Source: an uncultured Methanoregulaceae archaeon (GTDB lineage: Archaea; Halobacteriota; Methanomicrobia; Methanomicrobiales; Methanospirillaceae). From it: a stretch of 64,000 bases of DNA. Within the stretch, counting starts at the first letter, position 1. Each line of letters begins with the position of its first letter. The DNA is taken from positions 1,728,001-1,792,000 of the forward strand of contig CAVTTL010000001.1 of assembly GCA_963737635.1 (NCBI GenBank). Direction: 5' to 3'. Made by a program: the position numbers and the translations under genes. Shown in pieces: positions 43,003 to 55,300 of this stretch. The notes beneath the pieces are model-generated. The model saw only the letters and a list, made by a program, of their open reading frames with translations. It did no database searches and was not told the DNA's origin.

Positions 43003-43769
43003 ATGACACCGCGCCCGTTTACCATTGCCCTTTCCGGAAAAGGAGGGACCGGCAAAACTACCATAAGTTCCCTCCTTGTCCGGGCTTTTATCGATGCAGG
43101 TGAAAGCCCGGTTCTCGCCGTTGATGCTGACCCTAATGCAAACTTCCACGAGGCCCTTGGTGTAGAAGTGAAAGAGACGCTGGGCAGCATGCGTGAAGAG
43201 GCCTTTACCAGAAATATTCCGCCTGGCATGAACCGGCACGATTACGTACGGTACCGTTCCGGCAGGCCCTTGTGGAATCTAATGGCTTTGATCTGGTCGC
43301 GATGGGCCGGCCCGAAGGCACCGGCTGTTACTGTTTTGCAAACGATCTCCTTACAGAATGCATGCAGCAACTCGAGCGTGAATACCGTTTTCTTGTGATC
43401 GATACAGAGGCCGGCATGGAACACATCAGCCGGGGCACAATCGGAAAACCTGATGTGTTATTGATCGTAAGCGATCCCGGTGCGAGGGGACTACGGACGA
43501 TTGCGCGGATACGGGAAATCGCTATCCAGCTCGGGTTTGAGCCGTCACGAATCCATATCGTGTTCAACCGGTATAAATCTGGCGCAGCACCGGTGGATAT
43601 AGGAAACGAACTCCCGATCGCAGTCATCCCGGAAGACCCTGCAGTTGAGGCAGCTGATCTTGCGGCAACTCCGGTATCACAGATCCCGGAGTCCAGCCCG
43701 GCCCGCCGTGAAATCCGTGCCCTCGCAGAAAAAATGATGAAAATGGCGCATGATCGGCTGGAACAATAA
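43003..43769 (+). CDS. cooC: CooC/AcsF-type nickel-insertion ATPase (frameshift at ~43257)
   Basis: GKGGTGKTT, DADPN, MGRPEG.GCYC, DTEAGMEH..RG. Confidence 0.88.
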
Positions 43770-43792
43770 AAAATGTATAAGATTCCGTTGGG

Positions 43793-44335
43793 TCAGAGGA
43801 AAACCGCAACGGCGATGACTGTTGTCCATAACCCGTTCTTGTCGCCCTGTGCTGACTGGCAGACATGTTTTGTCCGGATGATCTTGCCGCTTGCCTTATA
43901 GGTTTGTTCACGTTCCTGCCAGGCAGCATTTGCGTCAAATTCAATACCTAGTGTTGTTGCAAGCATTGTTGCTGCAAGATCCTCGGCATATTCCCCGGTC
44001 CTTTCCTGGGTCTCCCCGTATGCATGATGCTCGGAGAGATACCCATATTCTTCTACGTCTTTTGGAAGCGCGAGCCCGACTGCAGCAGAGACCAGCCGGT
44101 TGGGTTCGTTAGTCTCGTTCCTTGCCATCACGCAGAACGTGATGCCACCTGACTGGAGTTCCCTGAGGCCGGTACGGGACGGGATCTGTTTGCATTTCGG
44201 AGGGAAAATGCTTGACACGTACACAAGGTTGCATTTTTCGATACCGGCTTTACGTAACGCCAGTTCGAACGATGCAAGACGATCTTTATGGATTCCCACC
44301 CCCTTGGTGAAAAAGATCCTCGATGGAACAAACAT
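43793..44335 (-). CDS. pdaD: Pyruvoyl-dependent arginine decarboxylase
   Basis: SFELALR.AGI..CNLV.VSSI.PP (Ser-Ser self-cleavage site), GYLSEHH. Confidence 0.9.
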   Translation of the reverse strand: MFVPSRIFFTKGVGIHKDRLASFELALRKAGIEKCNLVYVSSIFPPKCKQIPSRTGLRELQSGGITFCVMARNETNEPNRLVSAAVGLALPKDVEEYGYLSEHHAYGETQERTGEYAEDLAATMLATTLGIEFDANAAWQEREQTYKASGKIIRTKHVCQSAQGDKNGLWTTVIAVAVFL

Positions 44336-44422
44336 AATTTTTATAGAACCTGCGACTTTTTTAATTTTTGGTCATTTTGGATAAAATTCGCCGATTTTCA
44401 ACGGGTCGAGCCTATTTCCCGG

Positions 44423-45151
44423 TCAGGAGCTGGAAACCGCTATGTTCTCTATGATATCAAGGAGTTCATCCATCCGGTCAATAACAAAATCGGCTCTTGT
44501 ATTGTCCCGGGTTTTCGAGAACCGATCCCCGTACCGTGCATACACGGTGCGGATACCAAGTTTCCCGCAGGGTTCAATGTCCCTCCGGGGGCTGTCGCCG
44601 ATAAAGAGTACCTCATCCGGCTGGGCGCAAACTGCTTTGAGAGCCGCAAGGAAAGGAGCCGGAGCCGGTTTTTTTACCCCGATCCTGTCAAAGGTCACCA
44701 GATTGTCAAAAAAGGAGGAAAGACCACATTTACCAAGACGAAGGGTGGCATCTGCCTGTTCCGCATCAGTTACGACTGCCGTGGCATATCCTTTTTCCCG
44801 GATTGTAGTAAGCGTTTTTCGGACACCGGGGTACGGTGTGATATGACGGAGTTTTTCGCTGGCGTAGATCTGACAGGCATGCTCATACATGCCATTTGTC
44901 GGAATCCTGCGCTCCTCCATATACTGCCTGATATTTTCTGTCGACTCAAAACCATGGGAACCGGTAAGAAAATACAAGAACAGCTCATCGCCGTCATCAT
45001 GACCGAGATGACGCACCACACTGTCGCAAGCGGCAGCCTGTGCACCAACAAGATCGAAAAGAGTGTTGTCCATGTCGAATAAAATTGCAGTGAGTGGCTT
45101 TGGATGAATCGTTCCGGTCATCTTTGCTAAAGTATTCCACCCCATGAACAA
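44423..45151 (-). CDS. HAD superfamily hydrolase
   Basis: FDMDNTL, VVTD, KKP.P, IGDS..RDI. Confidence 0.9.
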   Translation of the reverse strand: MFMGWNTLAKMTGTIHPKPLTAILFDMDNTLFDLVGAQAAACDSVVRHLGHDDGDELFLYFLTGSHGFESTENIRQYMEERRIPTNGMYEHACQIYASEKLRHITPYPGVRKTLTTIREKGYATAVVTDAEQADATLRLGKCGLSSFFDNLVTFDRIGVKKPAPAPFLAALKAVCAQPDEVLFIGDSPRRDIEPCGKLGIRTVYARYGDRFSKTRDNTRADFVIDRMDELLDIIENIAVSSS

Positions 45152-45285
45152 TGAGGTTAACTCTTGGGGTAATCCAAAAAGACAAAGTCTTTTAAAGTAT
45201 CATAATGGGCCTTGATATCACCCTATAAAAATCCGGATTCACAAAAAGGGGGACAGAAGGATCGATATTCATCCTTTTCCCGGTT

Positions 45286-46122
45286 TCACTGCGAATCCTT
45301 CTGCTGAACCTTAGGAGGTTTTTGTTCTGTGGTTAACGTTTTTGCCAGTGCAACCGTACCGGTTGTTGCCCCGAGGTTCATTGATTCAAGGGCAGTAGAA
45401 GGTACGAGGACAATTGTCGCATTCCCTGTCTTGAGCCCTTCATAAAGCATGTTCATCGCTCTCAGGTGGAGCGCTGTTGGGTTGTTCTCGTAGCTTTTTG
45501 CTGCCTGCTCAAATTTCTCGGCAATCTGACGCTCCGAGTCTCCGAGAATGACCCGGGCCTGCCGCTCACGCTCGGCCTGAGCCTGCATGGACATGGCATC
45601 CTGGAGGGGACCAGGTATGACCACATCTCTAATCTCGACGGATAATATCTTGATTCCCCAACCACTTACCCGGCTCCCTATCAGATTCTGGAGTTCGGTA
45701 TCGATTGCTTCCCGCCCGGTGAGCATATCCGAAAGATAAGTTTTACCAATAACGTCCCGGAGGGCCGTTTGCGAAGCAAGCGATATAGAATCCCGGTAAT
45801 CCTTGACTTCAAGTGCGGCCTTCTCGACATCAATGACTCGCCAGAATAATACGGCATCCACGTTGACCGGCACCGTGTCCTTTGTCAGGGTCTGTTCGGC
45901 ATTGAACGATGTGGTAACTACACGGAGATCGATCCAATACGCAACGCGACTGAGCAAAGGAACGATAAGAAAAATTCCCGGGCCTTTGATACCAACAAAT
46001 CTCCCAAGGAACAGGACAACTGCCCTCTCCCACTGGTTGGCAATCTTGATCGCCATTGCAAGTAATATGATCACGATAATCAGGACTATGGCACCAATAA
46101 ATGTCAACGAAGTGTCACTCAT
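45286..46122 (-). CDS. SPFH/slipin (stomatin-like) protein
   Basis: N-terminal TM, WERAVV..LGR, TKD.V.V.VDA, QTALRDVIG, QAQAERERQA. Confidence 0.92.
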   Translation of the reverse strand: MSDTSLTFIGAIVLIIVIILLAMAIKIANQWERAVVLFLGRFVGIKGPGIFLIVPLLSRVAYWIDLRVVTTSFNAEQTLTKDTVPVNVDAVLFWRVIDVEKAALEVKDYRDSISLASQTALRDVIGKTYLSDMLTGREAIDTELQNLIGSRVSGWGIKILSVEIRDVVIPGPLQDAMSMQAQAERERQARVILGDSERQIAEKFEQAAKSYENNPTALHLRAMNMLYEGLKTGNATIVLVPSTALESMNLGATTGTVALAKTLTTEQKPPKVQQKDSQ

Positions 46123-46301
46123 ATTCTTTCCCTTCCAGAACTGGTCGGAGTGATCATATCACCCGGCAGCTAAAAGAGGATACATCCCGGAGGATATATG
46201 CGTGATGATACTACTGCGATACTAGGACCCCCCGGAAATGCCAGCCGGGCTGAAAACAGTGGTACACCTGTACGGCTGTGTGTGAAACCGTCGCCGTACC
46301 T

Positions 46302-49300
46302 TTACTGTGCCTTTTCGTAACAGATCGTCGCTTCCTCGTGCTTGCCGAGTTTATCCAGCGTTGCGCCGATGTCGTTCCAGACTTCCCTTCGGGAGGGATC
46401 TATCTCGATTGCACGTTTGAAGGAACTAAGAGCTTCCTGGTATTTCTCCAGTTCCTGCAGGGCCCGACCTTGATGAATCCACGCGTCGACAAAATCCGGC
46501 TGGATGGAGATCATTGCGCGGAAGGATTCCGCTGCTTCCTCGTATTGCCCGAGTGCCTCGAAGGCACTTCCCCGGGTAAAGTATGCGATCGAGAATGAGG
46601 GATCAATAGCGAGAGCCCGATCATAAGATTCGATTGCGGTTTTGTGATCCTGCATGCCCGGCAAAGGTCATACCCCGGCGGGTCCAACCGACAGCGTTCT
46701 CCGGGTCCCGCCTGAGTCCTTCGTCATACGCATCGCGTGCCTCGGAGTATTTCCCGAGATCATAGAGGACGTTTCCCTTGCCAAACCAGGCGGCCGCAAG
46801 GCCCGGGTCCTTTTCAAGAGCTTTCTCGAATGCCTCGAGCGCATCACGGTACATACCAAGCTCGGCGAGGGAAGTCCCCTTGTGGGAAAACGCATCGGCG
46901 CCATAGGTATCCAGCTCCAGCGCGCGATCATAGGACTTAATCGCCTCGCGATATTGTTCGATTGCGGCGTAGGCAAGACCACGATCCCGGTAGAGTTCAG
47001 CAGAATCCGGTTTTATAGCAATGGCGCGGTCGTACTCGGTGATGGCCGCATCGAAACTGCCTTCGTCATACAGCGTCCTCGCCTTCCAGTAATGTGCCTG
47101 ATAGCACGATGGGTTTACCTCAAGAGCACGATCGAACGCGCGGATCGCCCCGTCAGGGTTCTGAAGCGCGATATAGGTCCGCCCTTTCTGGAAGATTGCA
47201 TCTGCATATCCGGGGCTCGCCGACAATGTCTGGTCATAGACTGCAAGGGCTTCCCGGTACTTCCCCAAGGAGAAAAGCGCTCTTCCTTTCTCGTAAAGAG
47301 CTTCGGGATAATCGCTTTTTATCCTGAGGGCGGCATCAAACGATGCCACCGCCTCTTCATATTGTCCACGGTGTGCAAGTGCAATCCCTTTGTAATGGTG
47401 CGCTTCCGTGAACTGCCGGTTAATGGCGAGCGCGCGGTTGAACGCGTCGACAGCTTCATCGTCCTGACTTCGTTTCAGGTGGGCACGGCCTTTGTAATAG
47501 AACGCTTCTGCTGCTTCCGGCTGGAGAGTAAGCACCTTTTCAAATGCGGCAAGCGCTTCCCCTGTCCGTTCCAAATGGATAAGTGCACGTCCCTGATTGA
47601 GGAACGCGGGTGCATAGGCTGGATTAAGGGCAAGGGCCCGGTTGTAACAATCCAGAGCCTCTTCGTACCGGTCCAGATTGGCCTCAGCAATCCCGCGGTA
47701 GAGCCAGGCTTCAGGATAATCTGCCTGTTCAGTGAGTGCACGATCGAATGCAGTGATCGCCTCGTGGTACATCGCAACTCCGCACAACGCCCGTCCTTTT
47801 GCATAGAATGCCCGGGCACACGTCGGCTGCTGGATAAGCGCTGTATCAAAGTTCTTGATCGCTTCCTGGTAACGGCCCAGTGCAGAAAGCGAGAGCCCAT
47901 ACTGATAATATGCACGTCCATCCTTCTTATCGAGGGCGATAGCCTTAGTGTAACACGAAATGGCGTCTTTGTGGCGCTCAAGTGCTGCAAGGGCCATGCC
48001 TTTACCGGTCCAAATATACGCGTAGTTCGGATGGAGCCGGAGAGCCTGGTCAAAAGCGGTAGATGCATCTTCGGGTCGCTGAAGTCGCAAGAGGGCCACA
48101 CCCTTATGGTACAGCGCTTCATCATGTTTGGGACACGAAGCGAGGGTTTGGTCATATGCAGTGACCGCCTCACTGTACATCGCCAGTTCAAAGAGCGTTC
48201 TTCCCTTGTAGTAGTACGCCTCGGAAAACTCAGGGTTTATTTCGAATGCCCGATCAAAAGCTGAGACCGCTTCATCAAAGGTGTTGAGCGCAAGAAGAGC
48301 CCGGCCCATAAGGTACCATGCATCTGCGTTTTTCGCATCGATCCTCAGTATCTTTTTATATGATTCGATAGCGACATCGTACCTGCCGAGGTCGAAGAGC
48401 ACCATCCCCCGATGGAGCCACCCCGGGATCGACCCGGGATCGGTATCGATGACACGATCGAACGCCTCAATCGCAGCATCGAGTTTGCCGGTGGCTGCAA
48501 GAGAGATTCCCTTGCGGTAGAATGCTTCAGTGTTACCGGCATCGAGATCAAGATCCTTGTCAAAGGAGACGACCGCCTCGTCATGCCTTCCTAGTTCTGC
48601 AAGGGCAATACCTTTATAGAAATAAACTCCGGCGTAATTTTTATCGATGAGAAGGGTCTTGTCAAAGGTTTTGACCGCCTCGCGGAACATCCCGAGTGCA
48701 GTGAGCGCCTTGCCTTTCTCGAAGAGCGCGTCGGAAAAGACTGGATCGATCTCCAGAGCTGCATCAAATGCTTTCACGGCATCTTCAGCACGTCCGCTTT
48801 GTATGAGTGCTACGCCCTGATAATAATGGGCATGTGCGTCCGATGGTCGCAGGGCAAGGGCAGCGGAATAACAGACAATTGCTTCACTGTACTGTCCAAG
48901 CTTGTCAAGCGAGCGGGCTTTCTGGAACTGTGCATCGAAATGTTCCGGTACAAGGTTGAGTACCTGATCGAATGCTACAATTGCGTCTTCGAAGTGCTTG
49001 AGCCGGGCAAGAACGCAGCCCTGTTCGTACCATGCATCAGCATTTTCCGGAGTGTACACTAAAAGACGCTCAAATGATTCCGCTGCCTCAGCGTACCGTT
49101 CCAAGGCAGCAAGAGATGCGGCACGGAAGTACAGGGCGCCGGCATTTTTCGGATCACCTGCGAGGGCAACATCTAGCGCCGCACACGCATCCTCATATTT
49201 CGCCGCGTAGAAGAGTGCTCTTCCGCGCTCGAAGCTTGCTACCGGGTCAGATGGTGCAAGTTCAAGCACCCTATCGAAGGAATTGATGGCTTCCTCGTTT

Positions 49301-52300
49301 TTATTAAGTGCAGCCAACGCCCGTCCACGTTCAAGATACGAATCGGGCTCATCAGGCCGGAGTGCAATCACGCGATCGAATGCGGCGACAGCATCATCAT
49401 AATGGCCAAAATGTATCAGTGCATCACCTTTTTTGAACCAGATCTCAGGATTATCCGGATTGAGGGCCAAAGCCGCATCGAAGGCCATATCCGCATCATC
49501 GTACCGTTCAAGCGCAAGAAGAGATAACCCGCGAAGGTAGGCTGGTTCGTAATTATCGGTAATCTGGGTAAATGCTAACCGGAAGATTTCCTGTGCTTCG
49601 TCATGGCGCCCGAGCGATGCCAGAGCCTTTGCCTTCTCGAACAGAACCTCGCCGTTGCCTGGTTCCCTGCCAAGCGCGATATCGAAAAGGTGAATGGCCT
49701 CCTCATACTGCCCGAGACGGGCCCATGCCTTTCCATCGACAAACAGCAGGTTGATGTCATGTGGATCGATCTGGCGGGCCTTCTCAAACGCTTGGACGGC
49801 ATCATCATCCTTGCCTTGGCTTTCGGAAGCAAGGCCACGATGATACCAAGCCCCAAAGTGATCTGGTTTGGATGAAAGCATGTGATCGTATGCTACAATT
49901 GCATCGGCAAACCGGCCGAGACGTTCCTCCGCAAAGCCGAGATAATAGGCAGCATCCCCGAACGTAGCGTCCAGCTCCAATACCCGGCCGAACGAACGAA
50001 CCGCCATCTCGTCACTGCCTAATTCGAGGAGTGCGCGGCCATTTTCGTAATGTGCCTCTGGTTTCTTATCGTCCCTGGTTATTGCCTCAGAGAATGTATT
50101 GACCGCATCCTCGTACCGGCCAAGACGTGCAAGCGCCACACCTTTTTCGTAGAATACAGGATACTGATCGGCGTTAATTCCCACAGCATGATCAAAAGCG
50201 TCTACAGCATTGTCATACTGCCGGAGCCGGGAATGCGCACACCCTTTGGCAAACCACGCATCATAGTTCGCCGGATCAAGCCTGATGGCGGCATCGAACG
50301 TAGTAATTGCATCCCCATATTTTTTCAGATTTGCAAGAGCAAGCCCCTTATTGAGAAACGCAAAAACGCTGGATGCATTAATAGCAATCGCTGCATCGAA
50401 CGCCGCAATAGCCTCCTTGTTTTTGGAAAGCCGAGCCAATGCCAGGCCTTTTTCGAAATATGCCATAGAAAAATTCGGGTCAATGGAAGAGGCCATTTCG
50501 AATGCCTCGATTGCCTGCCGGTCCCGGCCAAGACGGGCAAGTGCGCTTCCTTTGTCGTAATACGCGCTCGCATATTTCGGGTTGATGGAAAGCGCCCGGT
50601 CATAGGAAGGGATCGCCTCTTCAAATCTCCCCAAGCCTGCAAGTGCAACGGCCCGATCATACCAGCCGTTCGCGTTGTCAGGCCGGAGTTCGAGAGCTTT
50701 TGTAAGAGATTCGATGGCCGAACGCAAATCCCCGTCTGAGAGCAGGGCACTCCCTTTCCTGAACCAGGCTGCCGAGCAGCCGGGATCTGCGGTAATGACC
50801 CGGTCGAAACACCGGATCGCCTCCGGATACTTTCGTAATCCCGCAAAAGCCTTTCCTTTCCGGTACCAGGCCATACTGTTATCCGGCGTCAGCGAAAGCG
50901 CGCGATCAAATGATTCAAGCGCCTCCTCTAGTCGTTCCTGCTCCAAGAAGATGGTTCCCTTGAGGAGCCAGACGTCAGGTATATTGTTCTCAAGGGAAAG
51001 TGACTCCTCAAGCACAGTAAGAGCTTCATCGGGCCGGGCAAGTTTTGTTAGCATCCTTCCCTTATGGTACAGAACTTCCGCATTCCGCGATTCAAGTTCA
51101 AGCAATTTGTTAAATGCAGCCAATGCCTGCGTATACCGGCTTAGCCCTGCATAAGCAAGACCCGAATGGAACAGGGCATCCTTTAATGAAGGATCGTGCT
51201 CGAGCGCATGTTTGAAGGATCGGATCGCATTTTCATATTTTCCAATGGCAAAAAGGGCCAGTCCCTTCTGATAATGTGCATAGGCATACTCAGGGACGTA
51301 CTGGATAGCCTGATCATAAGCCTCTATCGCGCCGGCGTAATTCTTCAGTCTGGCCAGCGTCAGACCTTTTTTATACGCGGCATCAGGATAAGAAGGATCA
51401 AATCCGAGAACAAGGTCGTACGTTCGGAGAGCTTCTTCGTCATTTCCTATAAGGGCAAGTGCCTCCGCTTTATAGAACACAGCATCTACCGATTTCGGGT
51501 CAAGCAAAAGGGCCTGGTCAAAAGCCGAAACGGCTCCTGTTCCGTCTTTTTCGAAGAGCAAAACCTCACCTTTTGCAAGCCAGATGAACGAGTTTTCAGG
51601 ATCGAGGCCCAGCGCCCGGTTAAGCGCTTCTAGCGCTTTTTTATAATCCTTGGTCTCAGTTAGGGATCGCCCCCGGTAATATTGGATAACTGAGGTTTCC
51701 GGACCAAGGGTAAGGGCTAGATCGAAGATCCCTACCGCATCCTGGTACCGCTCCAACATGAAGAGAGTAAGCGCCTTTCTGAACGCGTAATCCTGCATTG
51801 CAGGAGCGATCTCCAATGCACGCTCAAATGCCGGGAGCGACGTTCCAAACTCTTCCTGTTCGAAAAGGACCAATCCCTTCTGGTACCATGCTGACGCACA
51901 ATCGCTGTCAAGAGCGATAGCCTGTTCAAACGAATCTTGTGCTTCATTATGTAGCGTAAGGTGGGAATAGGCGATTCCCTTGTAATACCAGGCAGCAGCA
52001 GTTTTCTCTTCAACGGCGAGAAGTTTATCAAATATCGCAATGCCCTCTTCCCACCGTTCGTTATGAAGGAGGGATTTGCCCCGGTACAGCAGGGTAAAGG
52101 GGTCCTTAGGCTGGCGCTTCTGTGCCTTTGCAAATGATTCAGCCGATTCCTTGAAACGGCTGAGCCGGTAAAGGGCATATCCTTTACAGGCATGCGTCCG
52201 GGCATCCCCCCCATCATATTCAAGGGCGCGGTCAAGCGCGATTACGGCATCCTCATAACGGGAAAGATGGACGAGATCCGTGCCCATGATAAAATGGGCA

Positions 52301-55300
52301 ATTACATTCTCAGGATCGAGAGCTATGACGCGATCAAAGAGTTCCACGGCTTCTGTATAGCGCCGGAGTTCCGAAAGCGATTGTCCTTTTTTGACCATGG
52401 CACCGATGTGGTTGTTGTCCAGTTCGATAGTGCGGTTAAAGGAAGTGATCGCCTCTTCAAACTTTTTGAGGGCGAAGTACGCGCATCCTTTCTCGTACAG
52501 GATGCCGGCGTCTTCTTGTCCCAAACGGAGGTACCGGTCAAAAATTTCGATTGCCTCCTCAAACTTTTCCAAGCGGGTGAGAACCATCCCTGCTTGTTCC
52601 AGCGCATCGGCATTCTCGGGGCTGAGCTTAAGGGTCTTTGCAAATGCTACAATCGCTTTTTCATCGCGATGAAGTCCGACGTATGTAAGGCCGAGGTGAT
52701 AGTAATTATCAGTATTTTCTGGGTCTGCAGTGCACGCGTCTTCATAGGCAGCTGCTGCTTCCCGGAACCGCTTGAGTGCTTCAAGAGCGTGGCCTTTCGC
52801 GGAGAGCAAGGCGGCATCCGAGGGTGTGATCACAAGGGCATTATCGAATGCAGAAACTGCCTCCTCGTTTTTACCTGCTGCGGCAAGAGCGAGCCCTTTG
52901 TGGAAGTAAGCAGGCGGATAATTTGTTACCAGACCCAGAACATGGTCAAATGCTCCAACTGCTTCGTCATTGCGATGGAGCTCGATCAAGTCAAGACCCA
53001 TATCGAACCATGCATGAGCATTTGTACTGTCAAGTTCAAGCGAACGGGAAAGGACCGGCACTGCGTCAGCATACCGCCGCAAAGCAGAGAGAGCTACACC
53101 TTTGTAGTACCAAGCCTCGGCAAAATCCGGCTGGATACCGATTGCCATATCTGAAGATTGGACAGATTCCTCATCCTGCCCGAGACTGTGCAATGATATA
53201 GCCTTATTGAGCGCTGATTCAGCACTCTCCGGATCATATTCAAGTGCGCGGTCGTACGCATCGATCGAGTCGTGGTACAGGCCTTGGGCGGCAAGCGCTA
53301 CACCCTTGAGATGGTACGCCGGCGCATATCTGGGGAGAAGAAGGAGTGTCTGGTCAAAGGTCTGGACAGACTTCATGGTAGCGTTCCAGTTTTAAGAGTG
53401 AGGCTCCACGGTGGAAGAGGGCATGGTCAAGGTGTGGATCACTTTCAAGTGCCTGGTCAAATGAAAGAATCGCTTCCTCATACCTCCCCACTCGTAGAGA
53501 GCAAGGCCCTTGTGGTAGTGGGCATCTGGGTAGCTGGACTCCACTTCCAGTGCTTTATCATAGGCATCGATGGCATCGGTGTAATTGCCGGTGTCAAAAA
53601 GTGCACGGCCCTTTTGGTACCAGGCATGGAAGTTATGGGGGTTCTCTGCGATAGTCCGGTCAAAGTCCTTGATAGCTTCATCGAATCTGCCCAAGTTATA
53701 GAGCGAGATGCCCTTACGCATCCGGGCCTCAGAATACCGCGGTTTGAGTGCGAGCGTTTTTTCAAAAGCGGTGACTGCCTCTTGGTGCCGTCCAAGACCA
53801 TCAAACGCCCGACCTTTCTGGAAAGAGACCAGAGCATTCTCCGGGTCATAGATCAATGCCCGGTCGAATGCATCGAGCGCCTCTTGGTATTTACCAAGCT
53901 TGGAGAGCGCAACACCTTTGAAATAGTATCCTGGGGAATTGCTTGTATCCTTTTCCAGATTCTTTCCAAATTCATCGATGGCTTCTTGGAATCGCCCGAG
54001 CTTGGAGAGCGCAACACCCTTCGAATAAAAAACCTCGGTATACGCTGGTTCTTTCTCAAGTGCCCGGTCGAACGCGGTAATCGCATCCTGGTACTTTCCC
54101 AAGTCAAGAAGCATCTTCCCCTTATTGTACCATCCCGGGGCAAACGATTCTTTGATGTTGAGTGAGGCTTCAAAGGCAGCAAGTGCTTCTTTTGGCCGAC
54201 CGGAGTTCGCAAGTGCAAGACCCATATGGTAATAGGCATCGCTGTTGTTTGCATCTATCTCGATAAGAACCTCGAAGACCTGAAGGGCTTCTTCCATCTG
54301 GTTGATCTTCTCGAGGGCAAGACCTTTGTACAGGAATGCAACCGTGCTCCGCTGGTTTAAGGAAATTGCGTTATTAAATGCATCGATGGCATCTTGGTAT
54401 CGTCCCAAATCGAAGAGGGCCCGGCCATCCTTGATCCAGCCTTCTTCCTGATCGGGGTCCAGCCGGAGAGCCTCCGCATATGCTTCTACGGCATCCTCAG
54501 TCCGGCCCAGCACATTAAGGGCTTCGCCTTTTCGCATCCAGATCTCGCCAAGCCCTGCATCGATATCGAGAGCCTTGTTGAATGCCGTAACAGCATCCGG
54601 GATCCTTCCAAGATCTGAAAGCAGGATACCTTTTTTTGCCCACGCATCAGCATTGTCCGGGTCGATTTCAAGGACCCGGGTATATGCCGCCAGAGCATCC
54701 TGTTTTTTTACCAGATGGTCGAGAGCGGTGCCCTTCTGTATCCAGACATCCACAAGGTTCGGGTTTAACGAGAGGATACGATCGAAGGTTTCCACTGCTT
54801 CAACGTATCGCTGGAGTACCATGAGGGATTCGCCGCGGCAGAGGAGTGCCTCCATCTGCGATGGATTTGCTGCGAGACTGCGGTTCAGTGCCGCGACTGC
54901 CTCATCGTGGCGCCCGAGCCGGGCAAGGGCAATTCCCTGATACACGAAAGCATCTGTTAACGAAGGATTCATCGAGATCGATGTATTAAGTGTGGCCAGA
55001 GCCTCCTCGTACCGGTGGGACTGCAGGTAGGCAATACCTTGGTAATAGTATGCGGAAGCGTTTGCGGTGTCAAGGGCAAGGGCATCCGAAAATGCCCGGA
55101 TGGCGTCGTCATACCGGTCGCACTCAATAAGTGAGATTCCCATATAATGATGGGCAAGAGCATTTGAGGGGTTGTATTCAAGAGATCGCTCGAAAGCCAC
55201 AATCGCTTCATCAAACCGTTTCCTTCCCGCGTAGGCAATACCAAGATAATAGAGAGCCTGCGGATTATCTGGTTCGAGAGTGAGCAATCGCTCAAATGTT

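Noticed and set aside
46202-46253. Possible C/D-box sRNA (GTGATGA...CTGA, 52 nt)
   Set aside because: No convincing internal D'/C' boxes and no recognisable antisense rRNA/tRNA guide
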